This document shows positions 19,586 to 29,597 of a DNA stretch of 64,000 bases, in pieces. Position 1 is the stretch's first letter, and the number at the start of each line of letters is the position of its first letter. The stretch spans positions 64,001 to 128,000 of the forward strand of contig OZ219856.1 in the NCBI GenBank assembly GCA_964291395.2, given 5' to 3'. The stretch is from Alphaproteobacteria bacterium (GTDB taxonomy: Bacteria; Pseudomonadota; Alphaproteobacteria; UBA2966). Position numbers and translations under genes: made by a program. The notes beneath the pieces were generated by a model that was given only the letters and a program-made list of their open reading frames with translations, did not search any database and was not told where the DNA came from.

Positions 19586-21946
19586 GTGAAGACGCCGCTC
19601 CACGCCCTGGTTCTCTGCGTCCTCTTCGCGATGGCGGGCTGCGGCGGCGGGGGCGGAGATCTTCGATCCGAGCCGGCCCCGCAGGAGGAAGGGGAAGTGC
19701 CCTCCCTGCCGCCCGTGTCCTGCATCCGGACGGCGCTGGGCTGCATCTCCCCGGCGCAGTACCGGCAGGAGCGCCAGGCCATCGAGGACGGGCACGCCGG
19801 CGCGGACGGTTTCAGGAACCAGTGGGGGCTGGGCGCCATCCGGGCGGACCGCGCCTGGGCGCAGCTCGAGCTGGAGCACGGCGGCGGCACGGCGCCGGGC
19901 GCCGGCGTCACGGTCGGCGTCGTCGACACCGGCATCGACGCCGGGCACCCGGTGTTCGCGGGCAAGACGGTGAGCGAGGAGTTTCTCGGCGGGGCGCCGG
20001 ACGAGACCGGCGACAGGAGGTCCCACGGCACCGCCGTGGCGGGCGTGATCGCGGCGCGGCCGGACGCCTCGTTCACCGGCGCGGTGGATGCGGCGCCCGG
20101 CGTCGCCTGGGGCGCCGACCTCGCGGTGTTCGCGGTCCGCACCGGGGAGAGCGGCGGCGTCTACGTCCCGATATCGCTGTCGGGCCTCGGCGGCGGCGAC
20201 GATCGCTGGGCCTCCCGGGCCCGTCACGTCGTCGACTGGCGGCGCGGCGGCCGGACCCTCGACTTCGTGAACATGAGCGTCGGCTTCCACGGCATCATCG
20301 ACCAGTACGGCGAGCGGCAGCTCCGCGACGGTTTCGGCGGCGTGATCGCCGCCCTCGCCCAGCCGGGCGCGGCCGACAAGACCGTTTTCGTCTGGGCCGC
20401 CGGCAACGCCCATGGGGACCCCTGCGAGGCGGCCGACTTCGCGGCCGACCCGGACCTCTGCGTCGAGGCCGTCGAGGGCGGCCAGACCGTGCGCCGCGTC
20501 GACGCCAGGTCGGTCGAGGTCATGCCCGGCCTGCCGGCGCGCATCGCCGAGCTGCGCGGGCACCTGATCGCCGTCGTGGCCGTGGCTCCCGACGGCGACG
20601 GCGACGGGGACTACGAGATCGCCCCCTTCTCCAACCGCTGCGGCATCGCCAGGGAGTGGTGCCTGGCGGCCCCCGGGGCGGCGGTCCGGGTGGCCTATTT
20701 CGGCCCCGACCCCGACGACGGGAGTCCGGGCGCCCGGGGCGCCGCGACGTTTAGCGGCACGTCCTTCGCCGCGCCGATGGTGACCGGCGGGCTCGCCGTG
20801 ATGAAGCAGTTCTTCCGCGGCCAGCTCTCGAACGTGGACCTGGCCGCGCGCCTCCTGGAGACGGCCGACAGGCGGGGCGTCTACGCCGACGGCGACACCT
20901 ACGGCCGGGGCCTGATGGACCTCGCCGCGGCGACGGCGCCGGTGGGCGACGCCGTGATCGCCGGCGGCGGACGGGTGGACCGCTCCGGCGCCGCCGTGGC
21001 CGCGACCCGCCTCGTCGCGGGCCCGGCCCTCGGCGACGGGCCGGCGCGGGCCCTGGCCGGACGGGAGGTCGCCGCCTTCGACGCCCTGGGGGCGCCGTTC
21101 TGGTTCTCCCTCGGCGATCTCGCCGGCGCCGCGCTCGGCCCCTCCGTGGCCGCGCGGCTCCGAGCCTTCATGGCGCCTTCGCGGGAGGATCGGGAGTCGG
21201 GGCCGGACGGCCTGCGGATCGGGCTGCTGGAGGAGCCTTCCGCGGACGCCGGCGGCGGCCACCTCTCCCTCGCCGGACGGGCCCTCGCCGTGCGCGCGGC
21301 GGCGCCGGGCGGCCTCGGCCTCGCGGTGTTCTCGAACCGGGGCCTGCGCGGACGGTCCCCGGCGTCGGGCGCGCTGCTGTCGTGGGTGCCGTCCGGAGCG
21401 CCGGTCGGCGTGCGCGGCGGCCTGGTGGCGGAGCGCGAGACCCTTTTCGGCAGCAGGGCGGCCGGCGCCTTCGGCCGTCTGTCCGCCGGCTCCGCCTTCG
21501 CCGGCGTCGACGGCAGCGCCCGCGTCGGCGCCTGGCGGCTCGCCGCCGGCGCCGAGGTCGGCATGGCGGCCGCGGCCGCGGCCGACGGCATTCTCGCCGG
21601 CCTCTCGCCGCTCTTCAGCAGCGCCTTCGCGCTCCGGGCGGAGCGGCCGACGGCCGGCGCGGGCTCGCTGCTGCTCTCGGTGTCCCAGCCGCTGCGCGTC
21701 GAGGCCGGCCGCGCCCGGTTCTCGGTCCCGGTCGGCCGCACGACGGACGGCCGGGTGCTGCGCCGGTCGCTGGCGGCCGATCTCGCCCCCTCGGGCCGCC
21801 AGGTCGAGGTCGCGGCCCGGTGGCGCCGCCCCCTCGCGGCCGGCGGGGAGGTCCGCCTCGGCGCGAGCTGGACCCGGCAGCCGGGCCACGCGGCGTCGGC
21901 GGATGCCGACGTCTCCCTGTTCGCCGGCTGGCGCCGCGCCTTCTGA
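19586..21946 (+). CDS. Lipoprotein S8 (subtilisin-like) serine peptidase with probable C-terminal outer-membrane beta-barrel
   Basis: Lipobox 'FAMAGC' then Gly run; triad VVDTG / SHGTAVAG / SGTSFAAP; 'WAAGN'; amphipathic beta strands ending in Phe; start estimated. Confidence 0.85.
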   Translation: MKTPLHALVLCVLFAMAGCGGGGGDLRSEPAPQEEGEVPSLPPVSCIRTALGCISPAQYRQERQAIEDGHAGADGFRNQWGLGAIRADRAWAQLELEHGGGTAPGAGVTVGVVDTGIDAGHPVFAGKTVSEEFLGGAPDETGDRRSHGTAVAGVIAARPDASFTGAVDAAPGVAWGADLAVFAVRTGESGGVYVPISLSGLGGGDDRWASRARHVVDWRRGGRTLDFVNMSVGFHGIIDQYGERQLRDGFGGVIAALAQPGAADKTVFVWAAGNAHGDPCEAADFAADPDLCVEAVEGGQTVRRVDARSVEVMPGLPARIAELRGHLIAVVAVAPDGDGDGDYEIAPFSNRCGIAREWCLAAPGAAVRVAYFGPDPDDGSPGARGAATFSGTSFAAPMVTGGLAVMKQFFRGQLSNVDLAARLLETADRRGVYADGDTYGRGLMDLAAATAPVGDAVIAGGGRVDRSGAAVAATRLVAGPALGDGPARALAGREVAAFDALGAPFWFSLGDLAGAALGPSVAARLRAFMAPSREDRESGPDGLRIGLLEEPSADAGGGHLSLAGRALAVRAAAPGGLGLAVFSNRGLRGRSPASGALLSWVPSGAPVGVRGGLVAERETLFGSRAAGAFGRLSAGSAFAGVDGSARVGAWRLAAGAEVGMAAAAAADGILAGLSPLFSSAFALRAERPTAGAGSLLLSVSQPLRVEAGRARFSVPVGRTTDGRVLRRSLAADLAPSGRQVEVAARWRRPLAAGGEVRLGASWTRQPGHAASADADVSLFAGWRRAF

Positions 21947-22083
21947 GGCCTTGGTCGCCACTCCGCGAGGGCCGGCGCCCGGCGCCGAGCGCGCCGGCAT
22001 GGGCGCCGGTGTCGAAGGCGCCCCGTGTCCCGGCATGGCCGGGGCCTTTCCCTCTCCGTGCGGGCGGCGCGCCGGCTTCGACG

Positions 22084-22473
22084 TCAGATCAGCTCCATTT
22101 CGGCATTCACGCCCGGCGTGCCGGCCAGCCTTCGATCGCCGGTGACGAGCACCGTGGACAACGCTTCCGCCAGCGCCACGTACACGGCGTCATATGCGCT
22201 GACGTTGGCGCGAAGCTGCCACACCCTGTCGAGGAAAGGCTCGTGGGGATAGCGCTCGACATCGAGGCCGCGCCACCGATGCAGGGCCGTCGCCGCGAGC
22301 CGTTCCTCCAGCGTTCCCTGCAGGACGTATCGGCGAAGCACCTGGGCGATCTCGATATCGATGAGATGCGGTGCGTGAACGGCGTCGGCATCGTCCGCAA
22401 GCCGCGCCGCCAGCCTCTTGCCCGATGCGGTGTTCAACAGGAATTCGACGGCCGCGGACGCGTCCACGACCAT
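22084..22473 (-). CDS. vapC: VapC PIN-domain toxin
   Basis: 'MVVDASAAVE','APHLIDIE','SAYDAVYVALAE','LVTGDRRL'. Confidence 0.9.
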   Translation of the reverse strand: MVVDASAAVEFLLNTASGKRLAARLADDADAVHAPHLIDIEIAQVLRRYVLQGTLEERLAATALHRWRGLDVERYPHEPFLDRVWQLRANVSAYDAVYVALAEALSTVLVTGDRRLAGTPGVNAEMELI

Positions 22474-22703
22474 CAGCGCGGCCCCCGTTCCTCGCGCAAG
22501 ACCTCGGCCGGCGACGGCTCCAGCGGGATTTCCGGCTGGGAGCGGATGGCTTCCAGCAGCTCCTGCCGGCTCGGGCGGTCGAGCGCCTTCTCGATCGTCC
22601 GCAGAACGTAGCTGGACATCGAGACCCCCTCGATGGCGGCCCGGGCCTTCAGCCGCCGATGCAGCGACGCCGGAACGTTTCGAACCTGGATCATCATGTT
22701 CAT
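22473..22703 (-). CDS. FitA-like ribbon-helix-helix antitoxin
   Basis: 'IQVRNVPASLHRRLKARAAIEGVSMS'; coupled to vapC; GCATG repeats in its promoter (22701-22735). Confidence 0.85.
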   Translation of the reverse strand: MNMMIQVRNVPASLHRRLKARAAIEGVSMSSYVLRTIEKALDRPSRQELLEAIRSQPEIPLEPSPAEVLREERGPR

Positions 22704-22848
22704 GCAAAAAGCATGAAAGCATGTGCACTGCATGTCAAGTCGGACGTCCCGCAACGATCGAACGACGTCATGATACTGAACCGGGTTCGCTCGAGCCGCT
22801 CAAAGGAAAAGAAAGGGGCTTGTCCCGAACGGTTGGCGGCTCACGCGT

Positions 22849-23136
22849 TCAGGCGGCGGCGAAGCGCCGCACCGGCACGTCCTCGCGGCCTTCGAGGGCG
22901 TGCCAGAGGTCGTACTGCATCTGCTGCTGCAGCCAGCTCTCGGGGCTGCCGCCGAACGCCTGGGAGAGCCGGATGGCCATCTCGGGAGAGATCCCGAGGC
23001 GGCCGTTGAGCAGCATCGAGAGCGTGTTGCGGGAGACCGAGAGGCCCCTGGCGGCCTCGGTCACCGTCAGCCCGAGGGGCTCGAGGCACTGACGGCGGAT
23101 GAATGCGCCGGGATGGGGAGGATCGTGCATGAGCAT
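22849..23136 (-). CDS. higA: HigA family antitoxin
   Basis: 'PPHPGAFIR','LGVSR-like LSVSRNTLS','[10 protein letters not shown]','SPESWLQQQ'. Confidence 0.9.
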   Translation of the reverse strand: MLMHDPPHPGAFIRRQCLEPLGLTVTEAARGLSVSRNTLSMLLNGRLGISPEMAIRLSQAFGGSPESWLQQQMQYDLWHALEGREDVPVRRFAAA

Positions 23137-23261
23137 GGCGCGCCCTTTCCTGGCCGGGCGAGGATGTCGCGCACCTTCTCGCGGTGCTCGGGGGACAGAC
23201 GCCGCGCGTCGCCGCGTTCCATGACCCGTCCGAGGACCCGGCTCTTGAAGCTGCGTATCAC
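23137..23261 (-). pseudogene. higB: Truncated HigB toxin (only the N-terminal ~37 codons remain)
   Basis: '[36 protein letters not shown]' runs directly into the higA start region. Confidence 0.75.
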
Positions 23262-23492
23262 GGTACCACCGTAACGTGCATCTTGTCGGTTGTCAGTGGT
23301 CGTGGAGCGAGGCTGAATACAAGGCGACCCGGACCGTGTGAAAAAGTCGGCGATGACGCTCGTGGCGGAGTCCCTCCGGCCGATGAGGTGGTAGAATGCG
23401 CCATGGCGCACTAGCCGGTGAAGGGAGTATGAACGGGCTGCGCCGCGTCCGGCGCGGAGGCCCAGGTACGAGAGAGGTTCGGAGGAAAGTCC

Positions 23493-24470
23493 ATGCACGG
23501 AATGACGATGATCTCCCTCGCCGTCGTCGTGGCGCTGACGGCGGGCGCCTGCTCCCGCCGCGAGGACCCCCCGCCGCCCGACGACTCCATCACCTTCGAG
23601 AGGAACTCGGAGTTCTCGACGCTGCACCTGCGGGTGTTCCTGACGTTGGAAGACGGCACCGACGTCTCCGTCAACACGACCCACGACGCCGTCGCGACGG
23701 AACCCGGCGCCACCCCCATCCCCGGCCATCGGGCGCGGAACTGGACGTTCGTCAAGGACGCGGACATCGGCACGTCGGTGGCCTACGCCCTGCTGAGCTG
23801 GGATCCGGACGACCCGGCCGACTACCTGATGGCCGGCTGGTGGGCGCAGTTCCCCGGGCAGCATCTCCCCGACCTGTCGTTCAGGGACTCCATCCAGTAC
23901 TCCATCGTCGACGGGCCGGAGTTCGACCTGTCGGCCCCCCGCCGATTGCCGGTGGAGGGGCGGGCGACCTACGTCGGGCAGGCCGGCGGGCTCTATGCGT
24001 ATGAGGCCGGGAGCGACTGGGGAGAGGACGAGGGCGCCTACGTGCTCGACGAGTATGAGGGAGTCGTCACGATCGCGGCGGACTTCGCCGACGGCACCGT
24101 GAGCGGCTGCATCGGCTGCGCGGGCGATCTCGTCACCCGGCGCGCGCATTTCGGCATCTTCCTGGGAGACGAGGTGCGCGACGCCCGGGCCATTGCCGCC
24201 GACTACGAGCTGCACTTCGGCGTCACGCCCATCGACCCGGACGGCACCTTCGAGCGTGACGGCGTGGAGGTCAGGCACCCCGATCGCGCGGTCACGCATT
24301 CGGAGGGGGGCTGGGGCGGCACGCTTTCCAACATCCCCGACGGCGACGGCAACCCCCGTCTGGTGGGCGGTTTCAGCAGTGCCGACTTCGAGGAGAGCGA
24401 CGGCAGCGCCGGCCAGTTCGTCGGAACCTTCGTCGCCCTGAGCGAGCCCTTCCGGGCGACCGGCAGGTGA
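23493..24470 (+). CDS. Surface lipoprotein family A, copy A1 (TbpB-like C-terminal barrel, putative Slam substrate)
   Basis: Lipobox 'LTAGAC', Pro linker, 'ATYVGQAGG','ADFADGTVSG','WGGTLS..PRLVGGF..FVGTF'. Confidence 0.7.
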   Translation: MHGMTMISLAVVVALTAGACSRREDPPPPDDSITFERNSEFSTLHLRVFLTLEDGTDVSVNTTHDAVATEPGATPIPGHRARNWTFVKDADIGTSVAYALLSWDPDDPADYLMAGWWAQFPGQHLPDLSFRDSIQYSIVDGPEFDLSAPRRLPVEGRATYVGQAGGLYAYEAGSDWGEDEGAYVLDEYEGVVTIAADFADGTVSGCIGCAGDLVTRRAHFGIFLGDEVRDARAIAADYELHFGVTPIDPDGTFERDGVEVRHPDRAVTHSEGGWGGTLSNIPDGDGNPRLVGGFSSADFEESDGSAGQFVGTFVALSEPFRATGR

Positions 24471-24573
24471 GACCGCTCCTTCCCCGTCGCGGGCGGCGGG
24501 GGAGGGGGTATGAACGGGCTGCGCCGCGTCCGGCGCGGCGGCCCAGGCACGAGAGAGGTTCGGAGGAAAGTCC

Positions 24574-25548
24574 ATGCAAAGAATGACGACGATCTCACTC
24601 GCCGTCGTCCTGGTCCTGACGGCGGGCGCCTGCGTGCGCCGCGACGAGGCGCCGTCCGGACACATCATCGAGCTCGAGAGGAACACGGAGTTCGACGGCG
24701 CGAGCCTGCGGCTGTTCGTGTCGCTGGACGACGGAACCGAGGCCTCCGTCAACACGGCCGACGACGTCATCGAGGTGCTGCCCGCGGCTACGCCCATGCC
24801 CGGCCACCGGGCGCTGGCCTTGACGTTCCTGAAGGTCGAGAAGGACGACACGTCGGTCGCCCACGCCCTGTTGAGCTGGGACCCCGACGATCCGGGGGAC
24901 TACCTCGTGTTCGGCTGGTGGGCGCTGTTCCCCGACCAGCACCCGCCGGAGCTATCGTTCAGGGACTCGGTACGGTACGCGCTCGTCGACGGCCCGGAGC
25001 TCGACCATGGCGTGGTGCCGCGGCTGCCGGTCGACGGGACGGCCACCTACGCCGGCCAGGCCGGGGGGCTCTACTCATACGTGTTCGGGAGCGACTGGGG
25101 GGAGGACGAGGGCGGCTTCGTGATCGACGAGTACCAGGGGACGGTCACCCTCACCGCGGACTTCGCGGACGGCACCCTGAGAGGCTGCATCGGCTGCGTG
25201 GGCGACCTCGTCACGCAGCGCGCGCATTTCGGCGTGTTCCTCGGCCGGGAGCTGATCGACGTGCAGGGGTTGGCCAGGGACTACGAGCTCCACCTCCCCA
25301 CCGCGATCTTCCGGGAGGACGGCCAGTTCCACCGCGACAAGGTGGTGTTGCGGCATCCGGAACGGACCGTCACGCTGTCGGAGGGGTACTGGGGCGGCGC
25401 CCTGTCCAGCCGCCGGGACGAGGACGGGAACCCCCGGCTGGTGGCGGGCTTCAACGGCGTCTCCTTCGAGGAGAGCGACGGCAGCGAGGGTGAGTTCTTC
25501 GGGTCGTTCCTGGGCCTGAGCGGGCCCTTCAGGGCGTCCGGCAGGTGA
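24574..25548 (+). CDS. Surface lipoprotein family A, copy A2 (tandem paralog)
   Basis: Colinear paralog of A1 with the same lipobox and 5' UTR. Confidence 0.7.
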   Translation: MQRMTTISLAVVLVLTAGACVRRDEAPSGHIIELERNTEFDGASLRLFVSLDDGTEASVNTADDVIEVLPAATPMPGHRALALTFLKVEKDDTSVAHALLSWDPDDPGDYLVFGWWALFPDQHPPELSFRDSVRYALVDGPELDHGVVPRLPVDGTATYAGQAGGLYSYVFGSDWGEDEGGFVIDEYQGTVTLTADFADGTLRGCIGCVGDLVTQRAHFGVFLGRELIDVQGLARDYELHLPTAIFREDGQFHRDKVVLRHPERTVTLSEGYWGGALSSRRDEDGNPRLVAGFNGVSFEESDGSEGEFFGSFLGLSGPFRASGR

Positions 25549-25590
25549 GGCCGCTCCTTCCCCGCCGCGCGCGACGGGAGAGGGCGCTAT
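25210..25590 (+). repeat. ~380-bp direct repeat, copy 1 (3' third of A2 plus downstream hairpin)
   Basis: Aligns by eye with 27804-28183. Confidence 0.9.
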
Positions 25591-25730
25591 CGAGACCCTC
25601 TTCATCGGTCTCTTCCTCGGCGCCCGTACGCGGGCGTCCGAACCGTTCTGCGGTCGGCGGTGGCGCTGGTCGTCTTGGTCGAGCCTTGAGGCTGCGCCTG
25701 GTGACCGGCATCATATCCTCACAAAAATAT

Positions 25731-25755
25731 ATACCTCATTCAGAATGTGAGGTAT
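25731..25755. promoter_or_regulatory. Inverted repeat ATACCTCA-N9-TGAGGTAT in the AT-rich promoter of the AbiE-like operon
   Basis: Read directly; autoregulatory role inferred from AbiEi behaviour. Confidence 0.55.
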
Positions 25756-25791
25756 CTTTTTTCACTGAGGATTATCCTTTCGGTGATTGAC

Positions 25792-26799
25792 GTGACAAGC
25801 AGCAACGCAGCCCGCCGTTCCGAGGCGGCAGTCGCGGCCGTGCTCCCTCCTTCGGTCCGGATTCGGCGGTGCCGCGAGGACGGTCATGTGATCGGCCTCG
25901 AACTCAACGGACAGCCTATCACGGTCGAATGGCTGGGCGAGGGCGGATTGCGCCAGGCGCGCGAGTTGCTCGCCGGCCGCAAGGAGCGCCCGGACGTCGC
26001 GGCGGCTCGCCATATGTCGCCCGGCGCACGCAAGGCGCTGTCGGCTGCCGGGATGGGCTGGGTGGACGAGACCGGCGCGGCAGAGATCACGCTGGAGGCA
26101 CTGATCGTTTCCAGGAGCGGGCACCCCATCAAGGTGCCGCAGAAACCGCCTCGCTGGTCGCCCTCCGTCCTCGCCGTCGCCGAGGCATTGCTCTGCGGCG
26201 GGCGCGCCACCGTCGGCGCCATGCAGGAAACCACGGGGCTTTCCGCCGGAAGCGCCACGAACGCCCTGCGAGCTCTCACGGATCTCGGGCTCATAAGCGC
26301 CGCAACGCGTCGTGGGCGCAACTCCGCGCGCCGAATTCCCGATCACGACCGGTTGCTCGACGCATACGCGGCTGCGGCCGCCTCGATGATGCCGGAGACC
26401 GCTCTCGCGGTCGGTGTGACGTGGCGCGACCCGGCGACGGCCCTGGCTGAAACCGGCCGGCGATGGAACGACACAGGTATCTCGTGGGCGGCCACGAGCA
26501 CGGTGGCAGCATCGGTGTTCGCTCCCTATCTCACCACGGTCACGACCGGCGAGGTCTATGTCGACAGGAAGACGATTGCCGGGCTTGAGGAAGTGGCCGC
26601 AAAGGCGGACCTGCGACCGATCGAAGGCGGGCGTCTCACCCTTCGACCATTCCCCACGGTTACGGCCAGACTGCTTGCCGTGGTGAAGAACGGACTGAGC
26701 CTCGCTCCATGGCCCCGAGTGTACGCCGACCTGCGCGTCGTCGGCGTGCGAGGCGAGGAAGCCGCCGAGCATCTCCGGGACGTGATCCGTGGCCGATGA
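25792..26799 (+). CDS. Type IV TA antitoxin, AbiEi-like (wHTH plus DUF2186-type C-terminus)
   Basis: 'GWVDETGAAEI', HTH 'TGLSAGSATNAL', C-terminal 'PRVYADL...RGEEAAEHL'. Confidence 0.7.
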   Translation: MTSSNAARRSEAAVAAVLPPSVRIRRCREDGHVIGLELNGQPITVEWLGEGGLRQARELLAGRKERPDVAAARHMSPGARKALSAAGMGWVDETGAAEITLEALIVSRSGHPIKVPQKPPRWSPSVLAVAEALLCGGRATVGAMQETTGLSAGSATNALRALTDLGLISAATRRGRNSARRIPDHDRLLDAYAAAAASMMPETALAVGVTWRDPATALAETGRRWNDTGISWAATSTVAASVFAPYLTTVTTGEVYVDRKTIAGLEEVAAKADLRPIEGGRLTLRPFPTVTARLLAVVKNGLSLAPWPRVYADLRVVGVRGEEAAEHLRDVIRGR

Positions 26800-27631
26800 T
26801 CCGCCTCCCCGCTCCCGGGCCGCGCGTGAAGCGGCCGAGAGGGCGCTCGTGCGCATCGTCCACCACTACGGGGCGCGACCGGAGTTCGTCCTGCTCGGGG
26901 GGCTGGTTCCGGAATTGCTCTGCGCCGGCAGCAGATTCCAGCACGCCGGGACCACCGACGTGGACGTGCAGGTCGATCTTGAAATCGCCTATGGCGCCGC
27001 GAATGCCGCACGACTGGAGCAAGCCCTTCACAATGCGGAGTTCGAGCCCGAGGACGACCGAATTTGGCGTTGGGTGGCGGACGGAGCTGTTGCCGGGACG
27101 GTTGTGAAGTTCGAGCTTCTGGCCGATCTCCACGATCAACAGACGGGCGCGAGGATCTCGTTCGACGCGTGCGAGAACCTCGGCGCGGTGAACCTCCATG
27201 GTACGGGCTTTGCGTCCCGCGACATCCAAGTGCGCGATCTCAGCGCCCGGATCGGCGGTGTCGCCTACAATGCCCAAGTGAACGTTGCGGGACTGGCCGG
27301 CTTCTTGCTGGCCAAGGCAGCGGCCGCATACTCAAGGCGGGCACCCAAGGATTGGTATGACATCGCCTTCGTACTCTTACATAACGACGCCGGCGGGCCG
27401 GCAGCCGCAGCCACGCTTGTGCGGGAACGATTCGTTGACGACCTCCGCTCGGTGCACACGGCTCTCGACGATCTGGAAGCCAATTTCGAGACCCCGGCGG
27501 CCCAGGGAGCCCAGGCCTATGTCCGTCAGATGCTGATCGATCACCCCGAGCTCGATCCACCAAGCCTTGCCGCCGACGCTTCGCTCGCCGTTCGGGAATT
27601 CCACAGGAGCCTGCGCGCCCATTCCGATTGA
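26789..27631 (+). CDS. Nucleotidyltransferase, AbiEii-like toxin
   Basis: 'VLLGGLVP','GTTDVDV','LLAKAAA','KDWYDI'; overlaps the antitoxin gene. Confidence 0.75.
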   Translation: MADDPPPRSRAAREAAERALVRIVHHYGARPEFVLLGGLVPELLCAGSRFQHAGTTDVDVQVDLEIAYGAANAARLEQALHNAEFEPEDDRIWRWVADGAVAGTVVKFELLADLHDQQTGARISFDACENLGAVNLHGTGFASRDIQVRDLSARIGGVAYNAQVNVAGLAGFLLAKAAAAYSRRAPKDWYDIAFVLLHNDAGGPAAAATLVRERFVDDLRSVHTALDDLEANFETPAAQGAQAYVRQMLIDHPELDPPSLAADASLAVREFHRSLRAHSD

Positions 27632-27803
27632 GTCAGACGCTTGCTGCCCGGTGTCACCGAGTGCTTCCGTTCGGTCTTCCCTACTCGCGAGAAATGCGGG
27701 CCAGACACTCCGGGAACGGGATTTTTCGTTCGAGGCGGTACGTCGGGCGACGGGACGTCAACACCACCTGAGGTCGGGAAGCCCCGATCCGGGAGGTGCC
27801 TTG

Positions 27804-28183
27804 GTCACGCAGCGCGCGCATTTCGGCGTGTTCCTCGGCCAGGAGCTGATCGACGTGCAGGGGTTGGCCAGGGACTACGAGCTCCACCTCGCCACCGCGA
27901 TCTTCCGGGAGGACGGCCAATTCGACCGCGAGAGGGTGACGGTGAGGCATCCGGATCGCACCGTCACGCAATCGGAGGGTTCTGGGGCGGCGCCCTGTCC
28001 AGCCGCCGGGACGAGGACGGGAACCCCCGGCTGGTGGCGGGTTTCAACGGCATCTCCTTCGAGGAGAGCGACGGCAGCGCCGGTGAGTTCGTCGGGTCGT
28101 TCCTGGGCCTGAGCGGGCCCTTCCGGGCGTCCGGCAGGTGAGGCCGCCCCTTCCCCGTCGCGCGCGGCGGCAGAGGGCGCTAT
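27804..28183 (+). pseudogene. Start-less variant copy of the 3' end of lipoprotein A2 (repeat copy 2)
   Basis: 'VTQRAHFGVFLGQELID...SGPFRASGR*' with clustered substitutions and a 1-nt deletion near 27977. Confidence 0.85.
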
Positions 28184-28208
28184 AGTGGAGAGGAGGAGGT
28201 GCCCGACC

Positions 28209-29140
28209 ATGACGAACGGAACGATCATGCGCCTCGCCGCGCTCGCCGGCGCCATGCTCCTCGCCGGCTGCCTTCACGGCGGGGGCGGCGGGGGCACGCT
28301 CAGCCCGGAGGACATCGACGAGGTCCGGTCCGATCCCAGGATCGTTCGGGCAAAGGGAATCTTCGAGCGGGCCGACACCCTGCTGATCCCCTCCCTCTAT
28401 CTCGAGGCCACGTCCAGCATCCGGGGAAGAAGCAGGAGCGAGGAGTGGGCTCTCCGCGGGCAATGCTCGGGTACGAACTGCGACCTGAGAGACGACAACG
28501 CGCGGTTCACCTTCACCTTCGATGATCTGATGATCAAGGAGCTGATAACCCCCACCGATGTGGATTTGGACAAGGCCGAGATCGGGAAACGCGACGGTTT
28601 CGACACCCTGGTCCTCGAAGGCAGGTCTCAGGTCGCGGAGGAGATCAGCGATAACGAAATTGCCACCGCCGCTGGTTCCGCGACGAGCTGGGGCCTCTGG
28701 GGCCAGCACGGCTACGCGGCGGTGGAACTCGTCACGGGATCGGTGCAGGAAGCCTTGATCAGTGGGCGCATAAGCGGCGCCCTCGGATACGCCTTCGGCC
28801 AGCGCAACCCCACCAACCCCGGGGGCACCGGGAGCGCGACCTGGGAAGGTCCGGCCGAAGTGATCTCCACCCGGACGTTCACGCGCTCCCAAGGCAAGGC
28901 GATCCTCACCATTCCGGACCTGGCCCGGTCCAGGATCGGCGCCGAGATCGAGGTGGCCGGCAACGATATCAGCAAGCCCTCCTGGAAGGACATGGCCCTC
29001 TCGCAGGGCCGCTTCACGGGGGGACGGTGGCGGGGGAAGACTACATGGCGGGCAACTTCCACGGCCCGAAACACGAGGAGGCCTACGGCGTCTTCGATAC
29101 CGGGGCCTACGTCGGCGCCTTCGGGGCGATGCAAAAGTAG
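28209..29140 (+). CDS. Surface lipoprotein family B, copy B1; frameshift at a G6 tract (29018-29023)
   Basis: Lipobox 'LLAGC' plus Gly6; after the shift reads 'EDYMAGNFHGPKHEEAYGVFDTGAYVGAFGAMQK*', matching paralog B2. Confidence 0.72.
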
Positions 29141-29243
29141 CGGATCCTCGTCGTCGGCTCGGTGTCCGCGCGGCCATGACGCCGCCGGGGGCGCGGACGG
29201 TGCCCGGTTCGCCCGACGCGGCGGGCGCGGGGCCTGCCGGCCT

Positions 29244-29597
29244 TCAGTCCGTCGGCGGCTGCCCGCTCAGGGCGTCGAACGCCCGCTCGCGGGATTTCGC
29301 GATGTGAATGACCTTGTCGAAGCCGCTGACGGTGAACATCTGGTGCAGGGGCGTGGACAGGCCGCACACCAGCCCCCTCCCGCCCTGCGCCTTGAGCCGT
29401 TTCGCCATCGCCAGGATCACCCTGAGGCCGGAGCTGTTCATGTAGGTGACCCCGGCGAGGTCGACGATGAGATAGCGGTCCGTTTCCCGGACCGCTTCCC
29501 GGAGGTCGGCGTCGAACCGGGGCGTCGTCTCTCCGTCGAGCCGGCCCGTGACGGTTGCGCACAGGACGTGCTCCCGGCGGTCGAAAGTCATCTCCAT
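29244..29597 (-). CDS. STAS-domain anti-sigma factor antagonist
   Basis: 'GRLDG','LIVDLAGVTYMNSSGLRVIL','FTVSGFD'. Confidence 0.88.
   Translation of the reverse strand: MEMTFDRREHVLCATVTGRLDGETTPRFDADLREAVRETDRYLIVDLAGVTYMNSSGLRVILAMAKRLKAQGGRGLVCGLSTPLHQMFTVSGFDKVIHIAKSRERAFDALSGQPPTD

Noticed and set aside
25210-28183. Diversity-generating retroelement (VR at the A2 C-terminus, TR downstream)
   Set aside because: Mismatches include many C/G, T/G and C/T changes rather than adenine-only ones, and no reverse transcriptase is in the window
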